DNA from: Lama glama
Taxonomy: Eukaryota
DNA length: 64,000 nucleotides
Direction of reading: 5' to 3'
NCBI GenBank assembly: GCA_028534125.1
Contig: CM052824.1
Coordinates: forward strand, 2,728,001 to 2,792,000
How positions within the stretch are numbered: the first letter of the stretch is position 1; every line of letters starts with the position of its first letter. The translations under genes and the position numbers were made by a program. Positions 35,500 to 49,129 of the stretch are shown in pieces. Below the pieces are notes generated by a model, which saw only the letters and a list, made by a program, of their open reading frames with translations, made no database searches and was not told the origin of the DNA.

Positions 35500-36060
35500 T
35501 CTGGTATTTCTTGCTGTGGACCAAACTACTCTGAAAGATAGGAACTTAAAACAATACCCATTAAATTGTATTCCCTGGATTCTGCGAGTGAGAAATTCCG
35601 CCAAGACTCAGCTTCTTTTGAGATAAAAAGATTCTTCTGTTCCTCCTGAGATGGGTGGGTCACTCAGGGGTAGCCAGCTGGAAGATGGGCTGGTCAAGAG
35701 GATCTGAGATGGTTTTATTCACATGTCTGGCACCTTGGTGGGGATGTGGAAGTGTGAGCTCAACTGGGACTGTCTACTGGAGCACCCATGCCTGGTGTCT
35801 CCAGGACCACAGCCTCGGAGCGGGTAGACATCTTACGTGGGGGCTGAGCAACCTCCCAAGAGAACCGGGAGGAGGCTGCAGGCTTCCCTGACCTCGCCTC
35901 GGGAGTCAGGCAGCGTCCCCTCTGCAGCGTTCTAGTGGTTACAAGTGAGTTCTAAGGCCATCCCAGACTCAAAGGGAGAGAAATGGGTTCCACTTCTTGA
36001 TAAGAGGCTGCGTGGAGGAGCTTGAGGAATGTTGCTGCAGCCATCTTTGGAAAGTACAAG
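35500..36060 (-). mobile_element. MaLR LTR (MLT1 family)
   Basis: tcacatgtctggcaccttgg...ccagactcaaagggagag...ccacttcttgat...gcagccatctttggaaagtacaa. Confidence 0.7.
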
Positions 36061-36899
36061 CTTTCTCTTTGGCCTCTGTGTCTCACCTTTTTATTACTCA
36101 CACTGCCTCTCCCTGATCCTTGTGTAGGAGTCAGTTACTATGTCTACTCCAAAGCCAACCTTCTTCCCTCCCTTCTTGCCTTCTCCCTAATCAAGATGTT
36201 CACTCCAGTAAAAACTTCCCAAAGACTACTTAAAAGACAAGACAGAGGAAATGGGTGCTTGGTTGAAACTAGCAAGATAATATGGGTCAGAGAAGACGGA
36301 GTCATCACGATGAGAAGACTAAAGGGAGGCTTCGTTGAGGAGGTGGCCATTACGCTAGACTTTTGGACAAATAGAATTTTGGCAGGTTAAGAGTAGGGGA
36401 GAAAGGCATGTCATTTCTGCATGAGCAAAAGCACAGAAGTGTAGAAAGGTATGCTGTATGAGGAAAAGCTAAGACTGCTAAAGAATGTGAGCTTCAAGCT
36501 CTACGGCCACTGAGAAGCCAGGTGTTAAAAGCTATGTTTTAGGAAGATGACACCAACAGCAACGTGCAAGATGCATTGGAGAGGTGAGATTTGGGCAGGG
36601 AAAGGTAGCTAGTTTCTGTAGGGGTTAATACAGTCTTTTGAAAGGAAAGAGGGCTTTCTTTCTCTCCTGATCTGTGAGAAACAATAACAGTGACTTTTTC
36701 TCTGGAAATGATGGCTTAAACTGGTACAGTTCATCACAGACCTTCCTGTAGCAAAGACTTGTCTAGATGTATTTGGACTGGGTACTTGGTAGGACTAATC
36801 ATTGCCTCGGGATTTCATCCCGCCCTCCTTCACCCCAGTGAATCTGTGCCTCAGCAGCCCTGGACACTGCCTTCAGTTGCCCATGTCCACCCCAAATCC

Positions 36900-37350
36900 T
36901 CGTCCTAGCTAAGAAGTTCTAGACTTCCTGCTGTTTCTTCCACTATTCCCTCAAACTCTCTGCTGCAACCACTCAGAACCTCTCACCATTCCCTGGCAGG
37001 CCATGCCCTGTCTCATGGCCATGTTTTTGCGTATGATCTTTTCTCTTCCTGAAGACTTCTTTCTGTCACCCTTTTCTCCATCAGACAAACTCCTTGCCAT
37101 CGATGACCACCCAACTGAATTGCCACCTCTGTGAAGCGTGATGCAGTGGGCTGCTGCCTACGTCCCGGTCTCCCACGACAGCCTGCCTTCTGCTGTAACG
37201 TCTATCCTACTATAGTGTCATGTGCATTTCTTGTTTATTTTGTGGATTAGATCGAGCCCCTTGAGGGAACAGACCATATCTTATCATCTTTCTGTGACTA
37301 GTGTCTCTCACAGGACGCTAGTCAGTAAATGTTACATCAAGGAAGGAAGG
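36900..37350 (+). mobile_element. L2 fragment
   Basis: ccccttgagggaacagaccatatctt...tcagtaaatgtt...ggaaggaagg. Confidence 0.5.
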
Positions 37351-39364
37351 AAAGTAGGAACTTCGTTTGACTCTTGTTGATGTAAATGTTAGTCTGTGTT
37401 TCTGACCTAGAATTGTTGATACTCTGAGCAGGGCGTTGGTATCACTCTCAGCAGAACAGTGGCATTTAAGTCTGCTCACAAGAAGCTGGGTTACTGTTGA
37501 CACAAGGTTACCGAAGTAATCTGGAGAATTAACCGGTGGAAGCCAGCAGATCCTAGAGTCGTAGAGCTCTGTTCACAAACCTTGTTTATTTCTAGCAAAC
37601 AGTTTCCCAGAGGTGTCATCAACAGTCAACTGCCGTGTCTCTCACACCCCAGTAATTATTAAACCTGGCAGTTTCTTGCCTGGTTTCAGAGCTTCAGAGC
37701 AGCCCTGTGTAGCCTAGATTTATCAGTAATATTCTCTTAGCTGAAAGGCTGACATTCACAGGTAGTTTAGGTCATTGTCAACTTCTGTGGTCTCCCTTTA
37801 AAACCTAAGGTCACACATTCATAAAAGCCTTATAAAAACTGACACAGTGTGGATAAGAGTGGGGAACTCAGCGTACGTGTATACTAAGTCCTAAAGAATG
37901 CTCCGTGGGCAGAGCTCAGCTTACTTGGCAGAAATCTATTTGCACAGGGTTTCAGAGCCTGGGTAGATGGGATGTTTTCACTTTTGCCAAGAACCCTGCC
38001 AGGAACTGCTTTATACAAGCAAGGCAATGCTTGCGAGTTGGTGGTGGTGGTGGTTTTTTTCACTACAGCTGGAGTAGATAGACTAATGCTGCCAGTGCCT
38101 TCTTAAGCCTGGGATTAATGTGAAGGTGCTCATGGAGAACCTTTAAATTGTACCTTTTTTTTTTTTTTAACTACACCCTTGAGTCGTTTGCTGGGCTTAT
38201 TAAACAGCAGTCTGTAAAGGTGTAACATTTTGTATCCTTCTTAGTAAAATGTTTTGATTTAATTTTATCCATTAGTTAGCACCCACCCTACCTCTCACTT
38301 AATTTCACTATAAGATGTTTTCACCTCTAAGGAGACACATATGGGAAAATGGTAATTTTAAAGCTTTATAAATTATGGGTAATTCACCCCAACAGCAAAT
38401 AATTCTCCCCTAGAGCTTTTAAAGAGAGAGCTCTCCTACTCCATCCAAGGATCGCTAAGGACTTGAAGCAGAGTAGTTGGTGGAGTAGGGTGAAAGAAGA
38501 GTGGACTTTGGACTGGTCATGGACATGTCCTCATGCTGCCACTTTCTAATGAACCTCTCTCCCTCAGCTTTTCCAGGGAGCAAGCCCTCATCACAGATCT
38601 GATACAGACAAAATAATGTAGCCCTTAGGAGATGCTCAGTAAAGATTAGTTTCTGTCCTTTCTTCCTTGACAAGTCAGTAGGGCTGGGGAGTGTACAATA
38701 AGCAGAAACTTCATACTAAAGAGTTGAGAAATAGTGTCAGTTGGTTACACCCAAAATTAGGATATGTAAATATGTAAATAGGATCCAGTTGACAGTGATT
38801 TGACTTGCAGTTTACCAGGAACATGTTTATTATACCAGGCGGTGCCAATTTTGTGATTCTGTAGCTACATTTATAATCACCATTATTTTAAAGGCTCCTT
38901 GGCTCTTTAGCATCATAGACATTTCTATTGTGGAAATTAAAGTTCCAGAATTAAAGGTCTGTGAGTTCCAGTGAATGGAGCCCCAGCCCAAGTGTTAGTG
39001 ATGTGAAACTTGTCTGTATTTACAAAATATTACTTAATCACTCCCACAAGGAGACAAGAGTAAGTTCACTTTACTGAAATTTAATCCATGTGATTAAATG
39101 AGAAGTAAGAGAGTTAGCTCTTAAATGAACTAATACAAAATATTTTCAGAAATTCTTCTTCAATTAAAGCTTGGTCAAATACTCTCTCTGTTCTCCTAAC
39201 TCCTCATAAGTGAAAAATTCAAAGCACAGAGAAAACACCATATATATTTGGCTAAGTATCTAAGTCAAACTTACAGAAAACAAAAGATAACAGCCCTCAA
39301 TGATGGAAAGAGACCAAAACATCTTCTGAGTGCTACTTCATGATCTAAATCAGACACGAGCTCT

Positions 39365-39532
39365 AGAGGAGTGGTAGAACCCCCAGACCTGCAGCGCGGT
39401 CGTGGTGTAAATTCTCGGGCCTCATTGCATATCTCCTGAATGAGAAGCTCCACAGTCGGCTCGATGATCCTTGCTTTAACAAGCCTTCTAGGTGACTCTG
39501 ATGATGGTAACGTTTGAGAACCATTGGTCTAG
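39365..39532. mobile_element. MER5-like hAT MITE remnant
   Basis: tttaacaagccttctaggtgactctgatg...tttgagaaccattggtctaga. Confidence 0.6.
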
Positions 39533-42220
39533 AACAGACTTTGAAGAACAGAAGAACATAATCTTCAAAGCATCATTGTTATAAAAATTTTATTCCATGC
39601 TTGAAGAGAAACAAACAAAAAATTAAATCTGTATAGTCCTTAGATAAATATACCTTTAGACTAAAGAGCTTTCTGAAAGCCAATACGGCTACAGAATGAC
39701 AATTTTTGGAAGACTCTCAGAAATCACTTTTCGTGAGCCTACCACATTAATTCAGAAATGTTTTATCTGCCAGAGTTAGGTTATAACCTACAGGTGTTCT
39801 TTGGCATTAATTTCATGAAAATAGTTATGTCTGTACAGAAGACATTTGATGCCCAAATATTTTTACAGTATGTTGGGCTACACAGGATGAAAAAGTTTCC
39901 TTGTTGAGAAGTCTTACAAGAAGAGAACATGTTTAATTTTGTGTAATCTAGTGCTCTGCAGGACTTCTCAGAGCTTTTAATATGGGAAAGTGTAATTACA
40001 AATTTCCAGAAGAGGTTATTCTCTTTTGTATATGGTGATTCTTTTGATTCATGATGTTTCTCAAACTTGTTTGATAATGGAAACCTTTTTCTGTGGACCA
40101 TCCTTTATGACCAGAATTCTGCAGAATCTATTTTGGGAAATGCTGATCTGAATTATAGAATGATAGAATTTCTTGGAGCTTAGAAATCAATCAGTTGAAT
40201 CTGTTAGATCTGAGCACCTGGCTTGCCTAAATTCAGAGAGCTAATTATTCCAGAGCCACTTGGAACCTCCAGTTTGTGCTGTTACTAACCCTTACAGATA
40301 TGATGATCTTTTTTAAACATCAAATTTCATGGGTAAACACTCACTACCTAAATACATATACATGGATGTAAATAGGTAAAATGTTTTATACCAGTCAATT
40401 AGGAAGTGGCCCAACAATGGGCAGTACCACAAACTTTGGAGTCACATTCTAGCTCCATAATTTTCTGCCAGTAAAACCAAAGTGTGAATTAATTAAACTC
40501 TACAAATCTCAGTTTCTTATATATACAATGGTGATAACAATTGTACCTACCTTCTGGCTGCTAATAAGAGGTAAAGTAATCTCTATAACATAGTTCTGTC
40601 CTTGCCACATTGTAAATGCTCATAAATGTTAGCCACTGCTTTACTGATTGAAAAAAACACACAGTGGACAAAAATTACAACCAAATCCACACTGTGTTTA
40701 AAGAATTTACATTTTATTAAATCAAAATGGACTGCATGTGCATTTGGGAGGAAAAGAATTGTATATACGCTCAAGACATTATTTATTCATTCTAAAATGT
40801 TCAATGTGCAAATCAATTTGCAAATCCTTTGTAGTAATTCTGCGATATTTGGGGTTTACTGACTATAGCTTAGAAACCAATGGCCTATGTCAAGCCACTT
40901 TTATCTAAAAATAGACTATTTAAAAAAATATTTACATGAGGAGAGAGACTGCTGCTTTCTTTGCTCCAGTATTTCTGTGTTTAAATTCCCTTGCAGCTGA
41001 TTTTTTTATGGGTCTCTTTGGGCATGTTCAAGCCCCATTTCATGTGATCTAGTCTTCTGCAGACCTGAACAGCTGGTCAGCATCTTCCTCATAGTAACGT
41101 TTTGTTCAGAGTAGAACCTCTTCCTAAGGAAACCACTGTATCTATCAGTTAACAATATTACACGCCCAGCATTTGAGTAGACACCTGTGGATAAACAGAA
41201 GACATCTGAAACCTCTTTCATCACTTCGAGGAACTTATAATATAGTTGAGGGAACAAATTTATCACTTGAGACTCTCCAAGTGCTCTACTGATGGTATTG
41301 GTTGAAAACGGTACTTTCTGAAAATGTTCAGAAAAAGGCAAAATCCACATGGGGGAAAATTTCAAAGTTCCATGGAGGTGGAAGCAAAAATGCTGAATTA
41401 AGAATCAGGATATAGGTTCTAATCTAGGTTTAGTTTTAGGTTCAAAGGTAGCTTTGAAACTAACTCACTGTATGACCTTGGGCTAGATTTTAACTTCTCT
41501 GGATCTTTGTTTTTTTACCTGTAAATTGAACAGTTGGATTGTGCTCTGCCTGCTGCTACTCAGGAAGGGAGACCTTTATCCCCAGTGTGCATTTTCACGT
41601 TGACTGCTCACACAGCCCTCGGAGATAGGTTCTGCTGGAAGCCCCCATTTTTCACATGAGGACACTGAGGTTCAGCAAGGTTATATAAGCTACCACCACA
41701 TAGCTAATAAGTGATTGTTCCAGCACCCCCACCCGGGTTTTCCCTACTCTGGCCTCTTTTCTTTCAACCACAAGGCCAATTTTCTCCTTTGAGGGGATGA
41801 GAAAGGGTTTAAGCTGGACCTTCAGAGATGGGTAAAGGCAGAGATAGAGTTACACTGTGAGTCTAACGCAATCCCCAGACTACATAGTAATTTATAGTGC
41901 AATTCCCTCCCCGAATCACAGAAAGCCTGTAATATGAGGTTATTTCTGTCCCCAGACACCGGCATTATTACGGAGATCAGCTGAGCATGAAGTTGGTTTG
42001 TTGCTTGCTCATTAGCCTTCTCTTTTTTAGGCATTTCTTGTTTTCTTTCTTTCATTCTTTGGTCATTTTTAAATTGCCTTTTTCTAAGTTCTCCTTAATT
42101 TCTCAAATAAAGCGCATTCTATTATTTCTGTATGCATACAGAAAGACTGTTTTCTCTCAACTTCTTACAAATCATTAACCTGTAAATAATCACTAGTATG
42201 ATATCATCATGTTTAGACTT

Positions 42221-42344
42221 TTTAAAAGAATTGGGGGGGTAATTAGGGTATTTACTTATTTTATGTGGAGGGACTAGGGATTGAACCCAGGACCTCGTGC
42301 ATGCTAAGCATGTGCTCTACCACTGAGCTATACCCTCTCCACCC
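42221..42344 (-). mobile_element. vic-1-like SINE
   Basis: Same core; TSD tagactt on both sides. Confidence 0.85.
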
Positions 42345-43429
42345 TAGACTTGTAGTAAAAGGATGACTGTCTTTCTTTTGTTTCTACTCCACTAACAGAT
42401 CTTTCTTTTTAAATTCAAACTTTTTATTTAACTTATATCTGCTTTTTTTTTTACAATTAAATCAACAATTTTATCATTTCTTATTCATGGGTCACTGAAA
42501 AAACTCACCAATGATTATAAACTAGGACAAACTATATGACACAAGAACCAAAAAAACTTAATAAAAAACATATCCAAGTATGAAAAGTATTGTACTCTCA
42601 CTGTCTTCATATCCTTCTTGTCTGTGTACTTACGTACAACACGTGGTTTCCTTGGATAAATGCACCCCTGCACGTATCCTTCAGTTGTCCATTTACCTCC
42701 TCTTCCATCTGCTCCATGGAGCTGCTACGTTCATGTAGCCATCCAGGCCAGCCAGGACCCCTCGATAATCCTCTTCAGAATTTAATTTGCTTTAAGAAGT
42801 CACTGAGCGTTTGCTTCTGCAGACTCATTTTAACAATCCTGAACAGAAAGAGATCTTTTTTTTTAATTCAACAAACTTTTAATTTAAGTCACATCTGCTT
42901 AGTTTTTTTTACTGAGTTAAATATAAAGGCTCAGTTAATCAACTCATTAAATTGGTCAAGGCAGGACACTCGAGCTACATAACAGGATTTAAAAAGCAAC
43001 TGGCCTTTTAGTGGTTCTCTGGTATCACACATACACACATATTGGTAGAGTACTCTGGATATAGGATTCAGCCCCCTGTAATTTTATATGATGTGCTGTT
43101 CACAATCTGCAGTATTTTGAAAACTATGTGTATAAATTGGACATGACCAGTCAGAGATGCCTGATAAACTCTTATGAAGTATTCGGGAACTTCAGCTATA
43201 GTCCCCAGAAGATCAATTTTAAACTATAAGAAAGAAAAGTTCATATAAAATCACAACAGATTTAACAGACATCTTTGGGAAAAAATCAAATTGTAACTCA
43301 ATTTTCTACTTTTTCAAATAACAGTTCAGAACTCTTCTGTCTGTGACTTTTCCTCTCTAATCACAGCTGTCTGCCTTCCGTCCTCGTGTGGTCTGCTGGA
43401 ATCTGTCTAGCAATGGAAAAGCCTACGAT

Positions 43430-43670
43430 AGTAATTGTGAGCTACTTAGTGCTCACTTTATTTCGGGTACTAGTCAAGGTGTGTTATGTTTAGTCTTTAC
43501 AACCACCCTAGAAGTTAGGAACTCTGCTTGTTCCCATTTTACAAATAAGAAAATTGACACAAGTAAGGAAATGGAGATGAAAGTAATCTGTCCGAAGTTT
43601 CAGAGTCATTAGTGGAGTCAAGTCAAACTCAAGAGTTTGACACCAAAACCTCAGCCCTTAACCTTGAGCC
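43430..43670 (-). mobile_element. MIR
   Basis: acaaccaccctagaagttagg...cccattttacaaataagaaaattga. Confidence 0.6.
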
Positions 43671-44949
43671 TATACGTTTGCCTTCCCCGAAGGGGAGAAG
43701 GGGGCCATCCGTGGGAGGACCACTTACCTCTCCTTCTTCTCCTTTTTTAGGCTGAGTTCATTTAGATGGGGTTTCTTTGAGCATCATAGGATGATTAATT
43801 ATTTAGGTTAGGAGAAAGTGAGCACCAAGGAAAGGAAATTTAAGAAAGGGAACATTTTGGATATGCATTTACATCTCATATACACCTCTCCCAAATGGGG
43901 ATTTGCTTCCTGACCAATTTTCCTAGTGAAAGAGGTTATTCACAGCTGGGAAAAGCAGGCCCCTCCGCTGGCAGGATTGGACCGCCAGGGCTGTCGAAGT
44001 TAGTAGTGGGAGTCCGAGAAATTAACAGCTTACTGTCATTTCTAACATATATTAATAATTGACAGAACAAAAATTCATCCTTATGTTTCAAATATCAAGA
44101 AGGTCTTCTGAAAATGACTTCCTCCAGCTCCTCACCTCTGCTGTGTCTTATTGTCATGATAAAATCCTGTCTCACTTTTTCTCTTCCCCTGCTAATAGCA
44201 AGGCTTTGAATTATTAAAGGAGGGGAATGTTAGGGCTTCTGCTTGGCTGTTTCTCTCCTCTCTGCTTTGAAAGTTGATTGACTCTGGGCTCTCCCCTCTC
44301 TCTGCCTTGGAAAGATTGACTTTCTGTGAGAGTCACGTCCCAGCCGTGCCTCGAGTCTGCAAACACGAAGGGCAGAGTTTAGACTCCTGAGCGAAGCAGA
44401 GGAATGTTTGAGTGGCAGGGGCCGAGGGTTGTTGACTTTACCGAAAATATTTTCTGAAAATATCTCATATAATGTTATGTTTTGTAGCTCCCCCAGCTCT
44501 TCTCCGACCCCCCACTTTTAAATAAACGTGTAGAATTATGGTGTGTACAGAGGAAGTGAGAAAATGAAGCCCAGTCTTCCTATCTCCGCGGGCATCTGTG
44601 CGGCTGTGACAGGGTGAATGGGCTCTTTGGGAATTCGCAGGGGAATCTTCTAGAGCCAAATTCCTTAACCGGGCAAACTTCCATCAGCTGTGTAAATAGT
44701 GTGGCAGTGTGCGGAGGCCGCTGGCAGTCTCCTGATAGTCCGCTCCTGTGCCCAGGTAGTTAAAAGGATTCATGTTCCATCCTGAGCTTGCAGGATGTGA
44801 GTTGAGGCTTGGATTCCCCAGTAAGGGGCGTGGGGTGTAGACATTTCCTCTCCACTCTATTTACTTCGAGGGAAGGCAAGTCTGATTATGATAGGTAAGG
44901 GCCGGTAGATAAAACCACACTGGAAAGAGGGCTTCTGGGTGTCTGAGTG

Positions 44950-45480
44950 AAGAAAAAGCCTGGACTGGAAACTGGGGACAGAATTGGGCGCTCGCCGATG
45001 GACCTTCATCCCAGTCCAAGAAATTCCTGGGACTCGGCGTGGGACGTTGTGCTCTGGGGTTACTTGGCTGTTCTTCGAAACGGGAACTTAAAGGCAATTC
45101 GTGTATCTAGTTTCTTTTCCCCGCAGCGGCTGAAGGAAGGCCGCCGCCCGAAGGCTTCTGCGCTCCGGGCAGAGCGGCCTGCGTGCGCCTGCGCGCCCGT
45201 CGCGGGGAGGGGGGGCTGCCTCAGGCTCCGCTCGTCGCGGGCAGAAACCTGGCCGCGTGCCCCGGCTCCTGGGCCTGAAGTTGTTTTAGTGTTCTTACGC
45301 TTATTCTGCGGGCTTCACCCCTGGCATGCAGTTTGTTTGTTTGTTGAGCTTAAACGAATGGGCACAGAGACAGCACAGCTAGGTACGGGCAGTTCTCTAC
45401 CTACGTCTGTACATCGTGCGCTCGTGAAAGTGCGAACTAGTCCACAACACGCGAGTAATAGACTCACCTATTGTAAACAG
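44950..45480. promoter_or_regulatory. Small orphan CpG-rich island
   Basis: CpG-dense core 45120-45280 in AT-rich surroundings; NRF1-like GCGTGCGCCTGCGCGC at 45181-45196; AP-2 GCCTCAGGC at 45218-45226. Confidence 0.6.
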
Positions 45481-45832
45481 CATCCTAGGGCCAACGAGCT
45501 AAAAATGCCATAAAATCCCTTAACGCATCTTGTTTTTAGAGCTAGCCTTCAGTTGTGTATTTCCAGCATTTTGTCTGTGCTCTTTAATTCTTCCCCCNNN
45601 NNNNNNNNNNNNNNNNNNNNNNNNNNNNNNNNNNNNNNNNNNNNNNNNNNNNNNNNNNNNNNNNNNNNNNNNNNNNNNNNNNNNNNNNNNNNNNNNNCAT
45701 AATTGTTTCAAATTTATGAAATCGATCCTTATCAATAGTACCAGTATTTTTCCATTTTCAGTCCCATTTTTATACATGTCTGTGGATAAAACCTATTAAG
45801 ACATTCAAATAATTACTTAAACAAGTACTCTT

Positions 45833-46009
45833 TTCTATTGAAATATAGTTGATTTACAATCTTGCATTAGTTTCAGGTGTACAGCATAGTGATTCAGGGG
45901 TTTTTTGCAGATTATATTTCATTATAGGTTATTACAAGCTGTCGGGTATTGTTCCCTGTGCTAAACAATAAACAATAATCCTTGTTGCTTATCTATTTTA
46001 TGTATGGTA
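45833..46009 (-). mobile_element. L1 3' end fragment A
   Basis: ttgaaatatagttgatttacaat...ttccctgtgcta; flanked by a 15-bp TSD. Confidence 0.85.
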
Positions 46010-46024
46010 TAAACAAGTACGCTT

Positions 46025-46282
46025 TTTTTATTGAAGTATATAGTCAGTTACAATGTGTCCATTTCTGGTGTACAGCATAATGTTTCAGTCATACATATAT
46101 ATATTCATTTTCATATTATTTTTCATTATAGGTTACTACAAGATACTGAACATAGTTCCCTGTGCTTTATAGAAGAAATTTGTTTTTCTTTATCTATTTT
46201 ATATATAATAATGAGTATTTGAAAATCTCAAACTCCCAATTTATCCCTTCGCTCCCCCTTTTCCCCAGGTAACCGTAAGTTT
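46025..46282 (-). mobile_element. L1 3' end fragment B (camelid-type)
   Basis: ttttttattgaagtata...ggtgtacagcataatg...ggtaaccgtaagttt; flanked by the same 15-bp TSD. Confidence 0.85.
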
Positions 46283-46694
46283 TAAACAAGTACTCTTATA
46301 CAAAGATGGCACCATACTGTCCAAACCGAACAGCTTTACCCACCGTGATTCAGTTTCCCCATGACCAATTTAAGTGCCATGTTTCTTCTTTCTTTAGTGT
46401 TCTCTGGACTTGCCTAAACCATTCCAGGAATTACCAGATACCTGATTGCATGCAGCTGTGGGTATGTTATTTTTGAAGTGATCAACTTTCTGATATCGGT
46501 CAATGGTCCAGAACCACAGGAATTGATGGAAGATAGTTTTAGAGGCAGTGGCTGGTTTCCTATCTGCACTGTGAACACAACTGCCTCACACTGGTCCCAG
46601 AGAAGCTTGTCCCTCAGGTGGATCTCAGAGTATCTTTTGTATGTTGTAGTTGTTTTCTTCAAAACAATAGAATGTTTGAACTGTTGTTTTTGGC

Positions 46695-46882
46695 TATTTT
46701 TTAATGCTTTTTATATTGTTTTTATTGAGTTATAGTCAGTTTGCAATGTTGTGTCAATTTCTGGTGTACAGCACAATTTTCAATCATACATGAATATACA
46801 TATATCCATTTTCATATTCTTTTTCACCATGAGCTATTACGAGATCTTGAATATATTTCTCTGTGCTATACAGTATAAACTT
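46695..46882 (-). mobile_element. L1 3' end fragment
   Basis: ttttattgagttatagtcagtttgcaatg...ctgtgctatacagta. Confidence 0.8.
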
Positions 46883-47099
46883 AAGGTTCAAATGTGTTAG
46901 ACATGTGTATAGATGGTTGTAATTAAGAATTTAATTAAGAGTAATTCCAGAGAGAAGGAGGGAAATGGAAACCAATGGGAGGTCGAGATTATTCTCTCTG
47001 TCTTCTGTTACCACATTTACTGCTTCCTGGTGAAGTTAATCTGGTGATATATTATACTGAATTTTGTCTACATCTTACTATCACATAAAAATAGATCTG

Positions 47100-47280
47100 A
47101 GTAGCAATGTGGTAGAATCAGTAACAGCATAATTTTGAAAGAAGAAAGTTTGGATCCACTACTTTCTAGCTGTATGATCTTGGGTGAGTTATTTAACTTT
47201 GTTGAGCCTCCGTATGAGCCTCATAAATAAAGTGGAAATAATTATGCCCATCTGTCAAGGTCATTATAAAGATGAAACAT
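47100..47280 (+). mobile_element. MIR
   Basis: ctagctgtatgatcttgggtgagttatttaactt. Confidence 0.6.
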
Positions 47281-48129
47281 ATATTTTTATAAATTTTTGT
47301 GATTTCACTCAGTGTGAGTCACCCAACGTAAGTTTCCTTGAAAGATTTCCTTGGTGTGATCTGAACACCTACGTTTCCCCATTTCACCTTTAATAATTAC
47401 TGGCCAAATAACAATGCTAACCCTAGTGGAGTGGGAAGGGAGGATTGCCAGAGGGCATGTGTATGCAGTGTATTTTGGGGTTAGGCAAGGTGGGCCTGAG
47501 CAGAGGTGCCATCATAAATCAATACGTTGGCTAAGCGTGTGGATAGACAGAGAGCTGTTTCCTTAAAAAGACAGGAAAGCTATTGATCTAACCTTCAGAT
47601 CCTCACGTCTTATCTCTATTTATCTGAATTGATGATGTTGACAGATTTTTCAGAAATTGAGATATGAGGTGACACAAACCACCTGTTTTCTTGTGGCAGA
47701 ATTCCAAGCCAGAAAGCTGGAAATAGGAGGTTTGAGAGGGTAGAGAATTCTGATTTCCTCAGAATCTAGACAGTAATGGGCTGAGGAAACACTTTAAACA
47801 CTTTTATACCACACAGACTTTTGTGTGTCCAGTCTGTAAGCCTTTAGGATTGGTTTCTTTTCTCTCGAAACTCTTTTCCCTCCAGAAGCTCTTGGTGTTT
47901 TTCAAAGGCACACGATGGCAGTTTGTAGACTTTTCCATGAATGGTCTCATTTTAAAGCACTAGTTTCTCGCATGAGCTCCCTTGTAGAATTATGAACAAG
48001 GTTCAGGTCCTGGTGTAAGAAGATCTGGATTCAAACCCAGCCTCTGCCATTTATTAACTATATGAACTTGGGTAAAAGGATTCTTGAATGATTCTCTGTT
48101 GATTCATTCATAAAATATGTATATATGTA

Positions 48130-48460
48130 TTTTAATTTTGTATTGAAGTATATTTGATTAATAATGTATTAGTTTCAGGTGTATAGCAAAGTGATTCAGC
48201 TGCATATATATGTGTATTTTTTCATATTCTTTTCCATTATACACTACTATAAGATTGAATATAGTTCCCTGTGCTATACAGTAGGGCCTTATTATTTATC
48301 TACTTTATATATAGTAGTGTGTATATGTTAATCCCAAACTCCTAATTTATCCTCCCCACTCCTTTCCCCTTTGGTAACCATAGTTTGTTTTCTATGTCTG
48401 TGAGTCTATTTCTGGTTTGCAAATAAGTTTATTTGTATCATTTTTTTTAGATTCCATATT
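48130..48460 (-). mobile_element. L1 3' end inserted within a MIR (~48010-48520)
   Basis: tattgaagtatatttgatt...tttagattccatat; MIR halves on both sides. Confidence 0.8.
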
Positions 48461-49129
48461 AATACCTACATCAAAGAGTTGTTTTGAGAACTAAATAAGA
48501 GAATGTTTTAAATTTTTTGAAAGCTCTATCACTGCGATGAAGAGTTTTAGTAGTATACTAGATCATCACAAGATTCTGCTATATCCTATAAAGCAAAAAG
48601 AGCAAGCAGAACTTTTTACAGCATCATTTACTAATGTCTGTGACTCATAATGAGGAATACAAAAAAAAAATGCCTGTGAAATACTTTCCTTTTTAAATGT
48701 AACACTTTCTTATGAAATACCAGGGCAAGGGCCAAGGCCAAGAAATATTTAGGTTTCCCACAACAACCTCCCCTCCAGGAAATGGCAAGAACAAGATGAT
48801 AAAAAAAAGTTCCATGTTAGCACACAGGGCATTTCTTCTGTTTGTTGCTTAGAAGGATTTTATATTTTTAAAAGGAAGGTCGGTTTAGCCTATGTTCTAA
48901 AGAGTTCCCTTCAAAAGGAGTTTTATTCCTGGAGAAATAAAAAGGGCAGCACTTTAAAAAGTGCAGCTGTGAAGGCCCGTCAAGTTGTGACTTGATCGTG
49001 GCAAGAGAAGGAACTTTTCTTGAAGTATTACACCTTGATTCTTGGCTGAGTAGTGGCGACATGCTTGGGGACCATCCATCTTCATTTGGTCAGGATGAGT
49101 GATAGAGGGAGATCACTAAATGTTTTCTG

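Noticed and set aside
44947-45513. 188-aa ORF across the orphan island
   Set aside because: GTG start, no recognisable domain, explained by local GC content.
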